Shown here: positions 14,505 to 26,534 of the stretch, one piece after another
How positions within the stretch are numbered: the stretch's first letter is position 1
How the letters are laid out: each line of letters opens with the position of its first letter
Source: Eledone cirrhosa
Taxonomy: Eukaryota
Length of the DNA: 64,000 bases
Direction: 5' to 3'
Assembly: GCA_964016885.1 (NCBI GenBank)
Contig: OZ024740.1
Coordinates: forward strand, 158,472,001 to 158,536,000
Program-made: the position numbers and the translations under genes
The notes under the pieces: model-generated
Seen by the model: the letters and a program-made list of their open reading frames with translations, nothing else
Database searches by the model: none
What the model was told of the DNA's origin: nothing

Positions 14505-14727
14505 ATAATATAGATCAGTTTTATAAATAAATATTGACATACCCTTAAAAAATGCAACCATTACTGTTGGAAGCTCCCGGATAGTTAATATTTAGTTGTT
14601 GTATCCCAACAATTTAAATAGTACTTTTGCATATATATATATATATATATATATACATTATGAAGAGAGAAGAAACATTTAGATATAATTAGTAATAAAA
14701 TGTATCATACCTAAACTGCTCCTAGAT

Positions 14728-14815
14728 TCCTCGACTACGTAGTTTCGTGGCATAAACAAAAACAATACATCATAAAGATAGAGTCCTTGCGAGGTCTGCC
14801 GACTTATCAAGAGGA
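14728..14815 (-). ncRNA. Decayed hammerhead ribozyme
   Basis: TCCTC-TTGATAA-GTcGGCA...TGCCAC-GAAA-CTACGTAG TC^GAGGA; stems intact, two core substitutions. Confidence 0.6.
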
Positions 14816-14979
14816 TACCTCATTTTACTAGTCTCAAGAACGCGCCTACACGACGTGAGAAAGAATCCCAAAAGGCGGAGGGGGAGATAGTCACGCGATA
14901 TAACGGTCGAGAAACAGAGCTAAGCCTATATTAATTCAAAATATTAATAAATATAGACATTCACGTAATCAAAATATAA

Positions 14980-15039
14980 TTTATTATATATATTTCGGAG
15001 GTACTGTGCTGTTTCCTCAGTACGTCCTCATCAGATAAA
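14980..15039 (-). ncRNA. Hammerhead ribozyme (intact core)
   Basis: TTTAT-CTGATGA-GGAcGTACTG...CAGTACcTCC-GAAA-TATATAT A^ATAAA. Confidence 0.8.
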
Positions 15040-15175
15040 ATATATAAATTGATGTCTGACATACCTCAACTGTGCTGATGGTTCAATTCTAGTCTTGACT
15101 GTGATTAATTACAACAAAACTCAATATTTATATACCATAAGTACTAACATGACAAACTATATGTATATTTATATA

Positions 15176-15246
<71 letters not shown>

Positions 15247-15398
15247 GTATGTATATATAAATCTTTGCCCATAATCATCGATACCTACTGTTAATCAAAT
15301 TTTTATAGACTTTTATGAACATCAAATTGTTTAAGTCTTTTATCAGACACCTGTAACCTGTTGTATATGTGTGCATATATAAGTTTGCATGTACGTGC

Positions 15399-15606
15399 CT
15401 TCTTCTTTTCCTTCTTCTTTTCCTTCTTCTTCTTCTTCTTCTTCTTCTTCTTCTTCTTCTTCTTCTTCTTCTTCTTCTTCTTCTTCTTCTTCTTCTTTTT
15501 CTTCTTCCTTTTCTTCTTCTTCTTCTTCTTCTTCTTCTTCTTCTTTTTCTTCTTCCTTTTCTTCTTCCTTTTCTTCTTCTTCTTCTTCTTTTTCTTCTTC
15601 TTCTTC
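15399..15606. repeat. (TTC)n microsatellite
   Basis: Source of the poly-E/K/S/F/L pseudo-ORFs. Confidence 0.95.
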
Positions 15607-15782
15607 ATGAAGAATGAATATAATTCGTAGATCATGTCGACTTTTTTTTTTCAAATCTGGTACTAATATTTTCATAATCGAACCGCTAAGTTTCGAGTGC
15701 CACGCCATATATACCCCACCCCTATATTTCTCCACTACCCCCCCCCCCCTCATTCCTTCTCGGAGTCCCTCTCCCCACTCTT

Positions 15783-15810
15783 CTGATAAAGGGCTTATGT
15801 CCGAAACGTC
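15783..15810 (+). ncRNA. Minimal PLE-type hammerhead core, G8 mutated
   Basis: CTGATAA-aGGGC ttat GTCC-GAAACGTC. Confidence 0.55.
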
Positions 15811-15890
15811 GCACCCACACACCCCACTATCACGTAAACCTAATACCATTTGTAACTTGTACTCCTGCCGTTGTTGTTGTCTTTTATATT

Positions 15891-15930
<40 letters not shown>

Positions 15931-15996
15931 TATATATATATATATATATATATTATATTATATATATATATATATATATATTATATTATATTATAT

Positions 15997-16043
<47 letters not shown>

Positions 16044-16125
16044 TATATATATATATATATTATATATATATATAAATATATATATTATATTATATATATT
16101 ATATTATATATATATATATATATAT

Positions 16126-16170
<45 letters not shown>

Positions 16171-16430
16171 CTGTATGAATAGAGAGTGTGTAACCGAGAC
16201 TGCACCAACATGTATAAATATATACACATATCTAATATGTAGGCATGTATATACGGATCTTATTGGACCCTCATCAGAAGACATGTATTTCATCTAATCA
16301 ACCACAAGGACGCATGTACTTAATGAATATATATACGCATTCGCTCTTAGTATTATTCTGAAATGGACGTATTAATTTACATGTAATGATATAACTTTAT
16401 CATACACTTCAGCGGCTAGTCCACATTTTA

Positions 16431-16496
<66 letters not shown>

Positions 16497-16654
16497 CCCT
16501 CTTTGGATTTTAGTCTTCAAATTTATTATTATTACTATATATATATATAAATGAATGAAACAGTACTAGTCCTGTAGAAGCTCCTTCTATACAATATATA
16601 TATATATATATATATGAGCCCTCTTTGAATTTTAGTCTTCAAATTTATTATTAT

Positions 16655-16748
<94 letters not shown>

Positions 16749-16907
16749 ATGTATGTATGTATGTATGTATCTAGTCTGGAACTAGATGTTGAAACGGCAA
16801 GAGCTCAACCGTCAGGTTAGACTCTTTATAATATAACTATACTCCACTATCCCAAGTATCGAGTACCCTGTTAAGTAATGGTCCAACAAGTTTCAAAGTG
16901 AATCCAT

Positions 16908-16943
<36 letters not shown>

Positions 16944-17725
16944 CTGAAACGAAGCCATCGGATATGACCGAAAAATCTTCGATCACCTTCCCACTCACTC
17001 GATGTTTTAATTAAGGTAGTATCTGTAAGATACCAACCCAAATGAAAACAGTGGACACTAATGATTGAAGCAGTGTAAGGGCGTAAACTACGGCCACCCA
17101 AACCCAGGTCTAGGCTAGATGACTAAAGTGATGGATCTCATACGGACGGCTAAACCCTGGTCACTACAAGCTTAGAGGTCGAAAGAAGCAGTTTTAGGGC
17201 ATGCACTTCACATATTATCTCCTAGCACCAAAGAACCAGTCTTATGGCGTATACGTCCCATAGGATGTCATGCATACACTTGCACAAGATGTCACGCGGC
17301 GGGACATAACCCAGAACCACATGGCGGCAGAGCGAACTCCTTAACCACAACGCCATATATGTTTGTGTGAGTGTGTGCAATGATAGGTGTTGACACAGAA
17401 TTACACATTTCAAATTGCAATAGCAACGATGCAGACACACACATATAGCACCCATACACATACAGCACCCACACACATTCACACACATATACAGCACTAC
17501 ACACATTCACACCACACATTCACACACACTCCAAGCAGTGATTGAAGAGGGAAGAATTCTTTTGATATTTCTTCTCCTTCAACTGTTGATTTGCTGTCAG
17601 TGTGTTTTCGTGACCCAGTTTCCGTCTAATTCAGTCCTTCCCTAGACACTCACCCATTCACGTTTCATATCTCGTCTAGGTACCACCCACCTCACTTCTG
17701 CGTCACAAGTTTCTACTTCTCATAT

Positions 17726-17822
<97 letters not shown>

Positions 17823-18936
17823 CAGAGTTTAAACGTCATGCATAATGCTGCCCCTGATTTCTTTGGTAAAAATACTGGTTCTTTTCTTTGAGCTCGCGTA
17901 CAATACATTTTTCACTTTTGAGCAATACTGGTAGGTCTATCATAAGACGCATTTTTTAACAAATTACTATCGGTGATTAACCAAATTATCTTACTAAAAA
18001 TGTTCAGCTATGCTATACACATCGCACAGTTTCCAGCATTTTTATACATAACCACATAAATCTCTTTAGGAAAATCACTAAAACGCGTGACAAAATAAAG
18101 ATTTGCAAATACATTTACTTTCGTTCATGCCTAACTACATCGTTCATGGCACTGTTGTAAGCTATCGCCAAACATACCAGTAAGTTCTTTGCTGTGTTCT
18201 TGTCTCCTATATTGCCTAGTTTCTTACAATCTGTTGCTACATGGAAAACAACACTTCTATCACAATGTATGCCACTTAAAATTTACAAATTCTTTATGTA
18301 AATGATGAATTAATACCATGTTTGGGGAGATTTTTTCTCAAATTTGCGTGCATCTTCGTCCGCATGTTGTGGTATTGCCTTGGCATCGTTGTTCCATTTG
18401 TGTGATAATGGAACAGCCGGCTCATAAAATCAATTTGCAAGTGGCTTAGCATCCCACAGACTAGGGAACATTTAACGTAGTTCTTATGGAGATAAAACTG
18501 GCCCTTTGAATTAGAAACACAATTGAAGTAAAGAGGCATCTTTAGTAAAGCATCTTGCTCAAGGAGACAACGCATCGCCGGAATCGAACTCACAACCATA
18601 GAATCGTGAGCCGAACAACCCAACCACTAACCACGCACCTTCACCTTGCAGTGGTGTGCTTGAGCTGAAGCCTTTTATTCTGTCATCCAAAAATGCATGA
18701 ATACCAACCCCTCAAAATAAATAACTAAATAAATGCATGGAGTGTAAACTAACTTTTGCGAAAATCTTCAGCAAGAAAACTCGCAATCTATTCGAGTATG
18801 TGCAATACACCCCGCCCCATACGCATATACGATAACAATGTATAAATGTACTATAGCTTTGCATATCAATATACATGTAAAATATGTAAAGATATAACGC
18901 ACGTATGCATGTATGTATATAGGTATGTATGTATGT

Positions 18937-19285
18937 ATGTTCTCTCTTTCTCTTAATTTCGAGTATATTTTTGACTGGTGGCAAGGTTGTAAAAGAAAAG
19001 AAATTGTCATCCCTTGAATCGCAAGACTGTTTTGCAAATTTTGAAGGTGCCAGCTATCCCAGCCATTTGTAGACTATGAATTAGGGATCTGCGCTCTTTG
19101 TCCGCAAATCCAAGTTCAGTTATACATTGGTCCAAGCGGGTTGGTATATAACCCGTAGCTCCAATAAAGATGGGTATGAAGCTAAAGGTGTATCTTGGAT
19201 AGTGGATTTGTAAACTCCTCATCAATGGTCCGTAGATGTCCTCCTTCTCCTGTAGTTTTCTGACAACGTTTACATCAAGTGGGCA
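18937..19285 (-). mobile_element. 5'-truncated copy of the R4/Dong-like LINE
   Basis: Matches ~26535-26890 (..YPRYTFSFIPI.IG.TGY.PTRL..CKTVLRFKG*); 3' end runs into (CATA)n; an extra 3' stub lies at ~19300-19326. Confidence 0.85.
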
Positions 19286-19750
19286 TATATGTATGTATGT
19301 ATGTTTTCTCTTTCTCTTAATTTCGTGTATGTATGTATGTATGTATGTATGTATGTATGTATGTATGTATGTATGTATGTATAGCCGGTGAATTGGCAAA
19401 GTCGTTAGAACGTCAGATAGAATACTTTATGTTATTCGTTCCGGCTCTCTGCTCTCTGAGTTCAAATCCCACCAAGGTCAACTTTGCCTTTCATCCTTTC
19501 GAGGTCTATAAAAAAAGTACCAGTCTAGTACTGGCGTCGATTCTTCCACTATATCTCTTTCCCATTTCCTCTCTCACTTTCTATCTTTCTCTGGAAGAAA
19601 TCTGCTGTACTCAGGCCTGGAGAGGGATGGGCTCCGCCAGACTTAAAATGCCCAAGAAACACTGTATGTCAATTCGGCGCCCCTACGACTCTATCAGGAG
19701 TTACGGGACCATACATGCATACATGTATGTATATATGCACGCACGCGCGC

Positions 19751-19781
<31 letters not shown>

Positions 19782-20491
19782 GACACATACATATTTTCAT
19801 ATAGCTAGTTATTCAAGGGCAAATTTGCTTGACAGCGATCAATCTTTTCCAGGTTGTGTTCCAAAGTTACTCCCAGTGTATAACTAACTAATGTGTGGTG
19901 TCACGAAACTGTTGATTGTCCTGCTAGAAATAGTTGCCAAATCCTCCTTAAATCGCCTACATTGAAATTTGAAATTGCTGACGGACAAAGTTCTCTAAAA
20001 ACTCATGGAAAAAAAAATCAACAAAAGAAACATTTAATTCTTAAAATAATAATTTAACATATATATTCAACAATCTGTAAACGTACTTTAGTGGACACAA
20101 CATGGCCGAATGTTTAAGAAGTTCGCTCCGTAATCACAAGATCTAGGGTTCGACCCCCACCGCGAGAAATTTTTTTTTTTTTATAGCCTCGGGTCGACAT
20201 ATGCGAGGAGTGAAATTGGGTAAACGGAAACTATTTGGAAGCCCGTCGGATTGATTATTCCTGTAATTTATAAGACCCTCCTTATCACACACTGTGTCCT
20301 CCCTGAGAATTACGTAGTCATGTTTGTCTGTTTAATACTCAGCCACTTACGCGTTAATTTCTTGATCAGGCTATTCCGTTGATCGAAAAGCTGGAACACT
20401 CATCGACGGAACCGACGAAGATCCATTCTGTTCTAATCCAAATGTATTTAAATTATTATCTAGTAAATTATTGTATTGTAATATAAGTTAG

Positions 20492-21135
20492 GGTGGTGGA
20501 TTGGCAGTCTCAGTAGAGCGTCAGACACCATGCTTTGCAGCATAGAGTTACAGCCCTTTATGGTCTGAGTTCTAATCCCGCCGAGGTTAACTTTGCCTTT
20601 CATCCTTACGAGGTCGATAAAATAAAGTACCAGTAATGCGCTGGAGTCGAAATAATCGATTTTCCCCTCCCCCAAAATTGCTGGCCCTGTACCTATAGTA
20701 GGCATCATTATATTATAATATAATTGTGGGGGATTGGCAGTATCGGTAGAGGGTCGGGCCCAATGCTTTGCAGCATAGGGTTAGGTCTGAGCTCAAATCC
20801 CGCCGAGTTTAACTTTGCCTTTCATCCTTACAGGGTCAATAAAATAAAGTACCAGTAATGCACTGAGATAATTGCTGGTCTTGTGCCAAAAGTAGAAACA
20901 ATTATATTATAATATAATTGTGGTGGATTCGTAGAATCGGTAGAGTGTTGAACAAAATGTTTTATGGCATTTAATTACGGCTCTTTACATCCTGCGTTCA
21001 AATCTTTCCGAGGTCAATTTTACCTTTCATCCTTTCGGGGTCGATAAAATTAACCAGACAAATATTAGGGTCAGTTTAATCGACTTTTCCCATTCTCACA
21101 AAAATGCTGGTCTTGTGCTTAAATTAGAAACCATT
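20492..21135 (+). mobile_element. Three head-to-tail SINE A copies
   Basis: Each has TGGATTGGCAG.ATCGGTAGAG...GAGTTCAAATC...GATAAAAT; separated by ATTATATTATAATATAATTGTGG. Confidence 0.85.
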
Positions 21136-21664
21136 GTATTATAACTTTTTTTAAATTAATACTACCTAATGTGATTGCATACATATTTAAATCATTATAA
21201 CTATTTGGTTAATTAACGTTATTATAACATATTTTAATTAGTGCTATGCTGTGTGATTGCATACATATTTAAATCATAATGATTATCTAATAAGTTAATG
21301 TTATTATAATATATTTTAATTAATGCTACTTAATGTTAAATTAAATACTCGTAGATTCATTATTTTTCTCACTAAAGATGCGTCAAAACAGGTTCTTATG
21401 CACTTGCAATTCAAACCTTGTACTAACAAATATTGCAGTTTAACCCTGAACACACACGTATGATCAAAGCCATTCCAAACTTGACTATCTCGTCTTTTTA
21501 AGGTATTTAAGATAATGTTATGATAAGCGGCAAATTAACAGAGTCAATAGAACATCGAATAGATTGTATTCGTACAAATCACGCCGAGCTCCACTTTGAC
21601 TTTGATCCTTTCGGGATCAATACAAATAGTACCAGTTCAAAACATGGGTAAATTCTGCCCCCCC

Positions 21665-21741
<77 letters not shown>

Positions 21742-22029
21742 TCTCTCTCACTCTCTTTAGCTCTCTCTCTCTCATTCTCTCTCTCCCTCTCTCTCTCGCT
21801 GGAAGAAATCGGCTGTATACAAACTTGGAAAGGGGTTGGGCTCCGCCAAGTTTAAATTGCCCTAGACACTTATGTCACGACGGCGCCTCTACGATTACAT
21901 CAAGCGTTGCATGTCCATTACATAACATACACTACAACCAATATAACATTATATACTTCCTTTATTGTGTGTGTGTGATTTCTAAGTCGGCCGGGTGTGA
22001 TCCGAGAGAGATTTAACTGCTATTTCTAC

Positions 22030-22620
22030 CTCGCATGAATCCGTTGTTGACGTTCCTAAGCGGTTGGTCACTTTACTGGACAATAGTAATTTAGCAGTAG
22101 ATTTTGGCTGGTCTCTGTTAGTTCGTCCATCGATGATCGATGTTGACTATAACTTAGGATACGTGTTGATTGGGTTTTGCTGGTTGGTAGATGGTTAATG
22201 AGCCTGATTCTGGTACGGAAGTGACGTCCATGTAGGACGCGTATGTTCTGTGGCTTTATTTAAAGTTCCGGCTGACTGGACATTGTGAGTGAACCTGTTT
22301 CTGGTCACATAATCTACGCAAATAACAGTAGCGCATCTCCTTCATTGTGGCAATACTCTTGGTGTAGCTTTGTTAGCTTGCTTCAATCTCTGTGATTAGT
22401 TCGACATTATAGGGTGACCACAGCTGGGAGCAATAGTCCAGTCGGCTTAGGAGAAATTTCCTCAATAGTAGCAACATAGTTTCTCAGTCTCTTGTCTTCA
22501 AAATTCTCAAGATCCAACCAGCGAGTCGTCTGCACATTGTCACCATGTTCATGATGTGTAAATGAAACGATGCATCATTGCTCATGTCTTCTATCGATTT
22601 CGACACGGGGATTTCTATTC
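22030..22620 (-). mobile_element. CR1/L2/Jockey-group LINE 3' fragment
   Basis: Minus strand reads GWILRILKTRD*ETM...LSRLDYCSQLWSPY...IEA, a typical RT C-terminal region. Confidence 0.75.
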
Positions 22621-22806
22621 CTCATAGACCGGTGTAGCTTTGTTGTACTGTCCTTGTACAACAAAGGTTAGCAAGTTGATATCGTGGGGCATGAAGTTTT
22701 CCAACATTAAATTGCATGGTGTTGTCCTCAGTCCACTTGTATATGGCATCCAGATCTTGTACATACTTATGTATATACATGTATATAGGTAAGTATTATA
22801 TGTATG

Positions 22807-22855
<49 letters not shown>

Positions 22856-23132
22856 CGTTTCTGAATTTGTTTAGCAAGATTCTTTATCTTATATATATAT
22901 AATAAATTGAAGTGAAAGCAACTGGTGCGTGTGTTTCTTATTGGCAACATGACCCTCCCAAAGTATAACAATATATATATATATATATATATATAAGGTG
23001 TATTTAATTTGTTGGGAATCCGTCAAATATAAATATAAATGTTTATAACTGATTTAGAGCACTCAACAAATTCCTGGAGTAAATATTCAATGATATTAAA
23101 TAAATGGAAACTATATTTATAAAACCATTTTT

Positions 23133-23193
23133 ATTTTATTATAGATATTTCAAGTGTACCAAAAGACTTTGGTACGCTTTCTTCAGATAAAAT
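23133..23193 (-). ncRNA. Hammerhead ribozyme in diverged F1 fold-back element (~22997-23410)
   Basis: ATTTTAT-CTGAAGA-AAGcGTACCAAAG tc TTTTGGTACaCTT-GAAA-TATCTAT A^ATAAAAT. Confidence 0.8.
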
Positions 23194-23685
23194 ACAAAAT
23201 TAGTTTTATAAATAGAGACATACCCAAGAAAATCATATCTTATCAGTTGGATATTCAACTATCTATAATAAAATAAATACGGTTTTATAAATATAGTTTC
23301 CATTTATTAATATATTGTGTATTTACTCCACTAAACTGTTGAGTGCTTTATATCAGTTATAACAATGTTTAAGCTTGTTGAATCCCAACAAATTGAATAT
23401 AACCTCTGCATGTAGATATATATATATTTATATGTATGTAACAGTGCTTGATGAAATTTCATTTCTCACTCTTAGTACGGCTGGTACTTAAATGTACGGC
23501 ACTTACATTTAAGTAAGTGCCGTACTTAGAGTGAGAAATGAAATTTCGTTTCATTATATTCCATTTATCGTTTTCGGTGTGCCCGGCCGACTGAACTCAC
23601 TGGATATGTAAATTAGGCTGCTCAGCCGTTAATATGAATAAGGAAAGTATATAGAAAGACGTTCAACCACCTGGCAGGAAGATAT

Positions 23686-23728
23686 ACGATGCTGACGATA
23701 ACTAAAAAGCTTCAAACTAGTAAATCGT
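23686..23728 (+). ncRNA. Decayed hammerhead in element ~23440-23852 (family of 53190-53680)
   Basis: ACGATG-CTGACGA-TAACT aaaa AGCTT-CAAA-CTAG TA^AATCGT; G12 mutated. The element also has a hairpin at 23451-23550. Confidence 0.6.
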
Positions 23729-23897
23729 TCCTGTGTCAGTTTTGAACAAAAAGGTGACGTGGTTGCCTAAACACTGAACGGCGTAATTCGGGCTGTTTGT
23801 TTGTTTACAAACAAACAAACCGAGCATTATAATAAATGTTCAGTGAACGGATACGTACATATATATATGTGTGCATGTATGTATATATATATACATG

Positions 23898-23976
<79 letters not shown>

Positions 23977-24031
23977 ATAATATGTATATATATATACATG
24001 TATATAGATACATGTATATATACATGTATAT

Positions 24032-24079
<48 letters not shown>

Positions 24080-24213
24080 ATAATATGTATATATATATAT
24101 ACATGTATATAGATACATGTATATATCTATATATATATGTATATATCTATATATATATGTATATATCTATATATATATGTATATATCTATATATATATGT
24201 ATATATCTATATA

Positions 24214-24281
<68 letters not shown>

Positions 24282-24577
24282 ATGTATGTATATAATATGT
24301 ATAGATACATGTATATATGTATATAATATGTATAGATACATGTACATATGTATATATATATATATATTTCGTTTCTGAATTTGTTTAGCAATATTCTTTA
24401 TTTGAAAACGTGTGTTGAAACCGATATTGTTATACTTTGGGAGGGTCATGTTGCCAATAAGAAACACACGCACCAGTTGCTTTTACTTCAATTTATTATA
24501 ATAAATTTATAAATTTAGGAATTTATAAATTTCCGGTTGGTTGGTTGGTTCCACAACCAGATGGTTGTTTATATATT

Positions 24578-24620
24578 GTCAAAGTTCTTTCGTCACACAT
24601 TCTGTGACCTCTTCAGTGAC
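24578..24620 (-). ncRNA. Minimal hammerhead in PLE 3'-UTR-like fragment (~24367-24840)
   Basis: GTCA-CTGAAGA-gGTCACA gaatg TGTGAC-GAAA-GAAC TT^TGAC; neighbouring sequence resembles 62040-62180. Confidence 0.6.
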
Positions 24621-26073
24621 TGGGGATTCTTTTCTTTGTTTTTGTGCTACTCCTTTGTTCTGTCCTACGCCATCTTGTTTCTGTGTGTGTGTTGTGTGCT
24701 CAGTCTGCGCATGCGCCACATCCGGGTGTCTGTGTGTGCTGATATTCGTTTATTTATTTGTTTATTTACATGTTACAGGTTGGTTGTTTGTTCTATGTAC
24801 GTGTGTATTTTCATTCTGTCTAAATTTGTCTAAACATTGATTTGTCTAAACATTGCGTCTTTTGCGTCGTTTAGACAAATCACAGAGGCAATAAACATAA
24901 ATGAACTCCAACCAAAATTAAATAGAAAACATGAGTGGAACAGCAACATCACAACTTACATTTAAGGACAGAATGAAAACACACACTCACATACTGCATC
25001 GCAGTTTTCTGCTGTTTATTTACATTCTAGATTCATCAATACTACAACTACTACCACCACAACTATTGCCGCCACCGCCGCCCTTACCAGAATGACTTCA
25101 ATCATGTATGTATGTATGTATGTATGTATGTATGTATGTATGTATGTATGTATGTATGTATGTATGTATGTATGTATGACTGTGTATGTATGTATGTATG
25201 TATTGCTGCAGTTCTCTCAGCTGGCAAAAATGAGTTGTACCTGTAATTCCAAGAGCCAGCATAGCCATATTCTGTATCGTACTGAATCTTCCTGAGAACT
25301 ACGTTAAAGGCACTCGTGTCTGTGGAATGCTCAGCCACTAGCACGTTAATTTCACGAGCAGGTTGTTCCCTTGATCGTATTAACTGGAACTCTCGGCGTC
25401 CTGAGTACCAGTGTGTGTGTAAAGGTGTGTCGTTTAGTAGTTTGGGTTTTCCGCTTACAATCGTAAAGTTGCGAGTTCGATTTCCGACAGCGCGTTGTGT
25501 CCTTGAACAAGACACTCTATTTAAAGTTGCTCCAGTTCATTCAGCTGGAAAAATATAATTTATACAAGTGATACACTTATTTTTCTTTGAAAGTGCACCT
25601 GCCTCTGAAATACGCAAGTCATTGTAGGCGGTCGGTTCCTTTAAACAAACAACTGAAACATTTAAAGTCACAACAACCGACGGAGACCCAACACACACGA
25701 ATGTATGTATGTATGTATGTATGTATGTATGTATGTATGTATGTATGTATGTATGTATGTGTGTACGTACATAATTATGTCTGTATGTAAGTACGTATAT
25801 ACTTACGTCTGTATGTATGTAAGTACGTACATACCTATGAATGTATGTATGCATGTATATATCTATGTACGCATGTATGTTTGTATGTATGTATAACAAT
25901 ACTTCTGATTCCCCCTAGATTTAGCATCCGTTGATGTTAAACATAAGACTATGTAGGCCATTGCGGGATCCACAAGTCCAGTCACTGACCGGGCATTTGT
26001 TGTCTTGCTGGAGGTGGTTGATGCTGATATAGCTTGGCGCTGCTTTCTTACGCTCCCGCTTATCTTTAACAAG

Positions 26074-26119
<46 letters not shown>

Positions 26120-26125
<6 letters not shown>

Positions 26126-26143
26126 ACAACAATATGACCCTCC

Positions 26144-26199
<56 letters not shown>

Positions 26200-26331
26200 G
26201 GAGGGTCATATTGTTGTAATAATATTGCCAGAATTAATAATTCTGGCAATATTATTATTACAATATGACCCTCCCCAAGTATAACAATATTTGTTTCGAC
26301 ACACGATTTCATATCAGAAACCTCGCAAAAC

Positions 26332-26333
<2 letters not shown>
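26120..26333. repeat. Three alternating-orientation copies of a PLE terminal sequence around (TA)n
   Basis: CAATATGACCCTCCCC (+, 26120-26145), inverted (26198-26236), + again (26238-26333); same sequence as 62790-62885. Confidence 0.75.
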
Positions 26334-26414
<81 letters not shown>

Positions 26415-26534
26415 AGGTGTATGTATGTATAGGTTTATCTCTACTATTGTGAACCATTGTTTATGTAATGTTTACATGTATGTGTTTATGCATGTGCGCT
26501 CCCAGTGTGTATATACCTGTATGTATGTATACAT

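Noticed and set aside
15303-15849. Poly-E/poly-K protein-like ORFs
   Set aside because: Produced by the (TTC)n tract.
16250-16295. Minus-strand CTGATGA-GGGTC..GATCC hairpin
   Set aside because: GAAA is replaced by GTAT and stems I/III are not evident; at most a dead remnant.
17820-18300. Possible pogo/Tc1 transposon remnant
   Set aside because: Only weak motif resemblance; no TIR pair or convincing translation.
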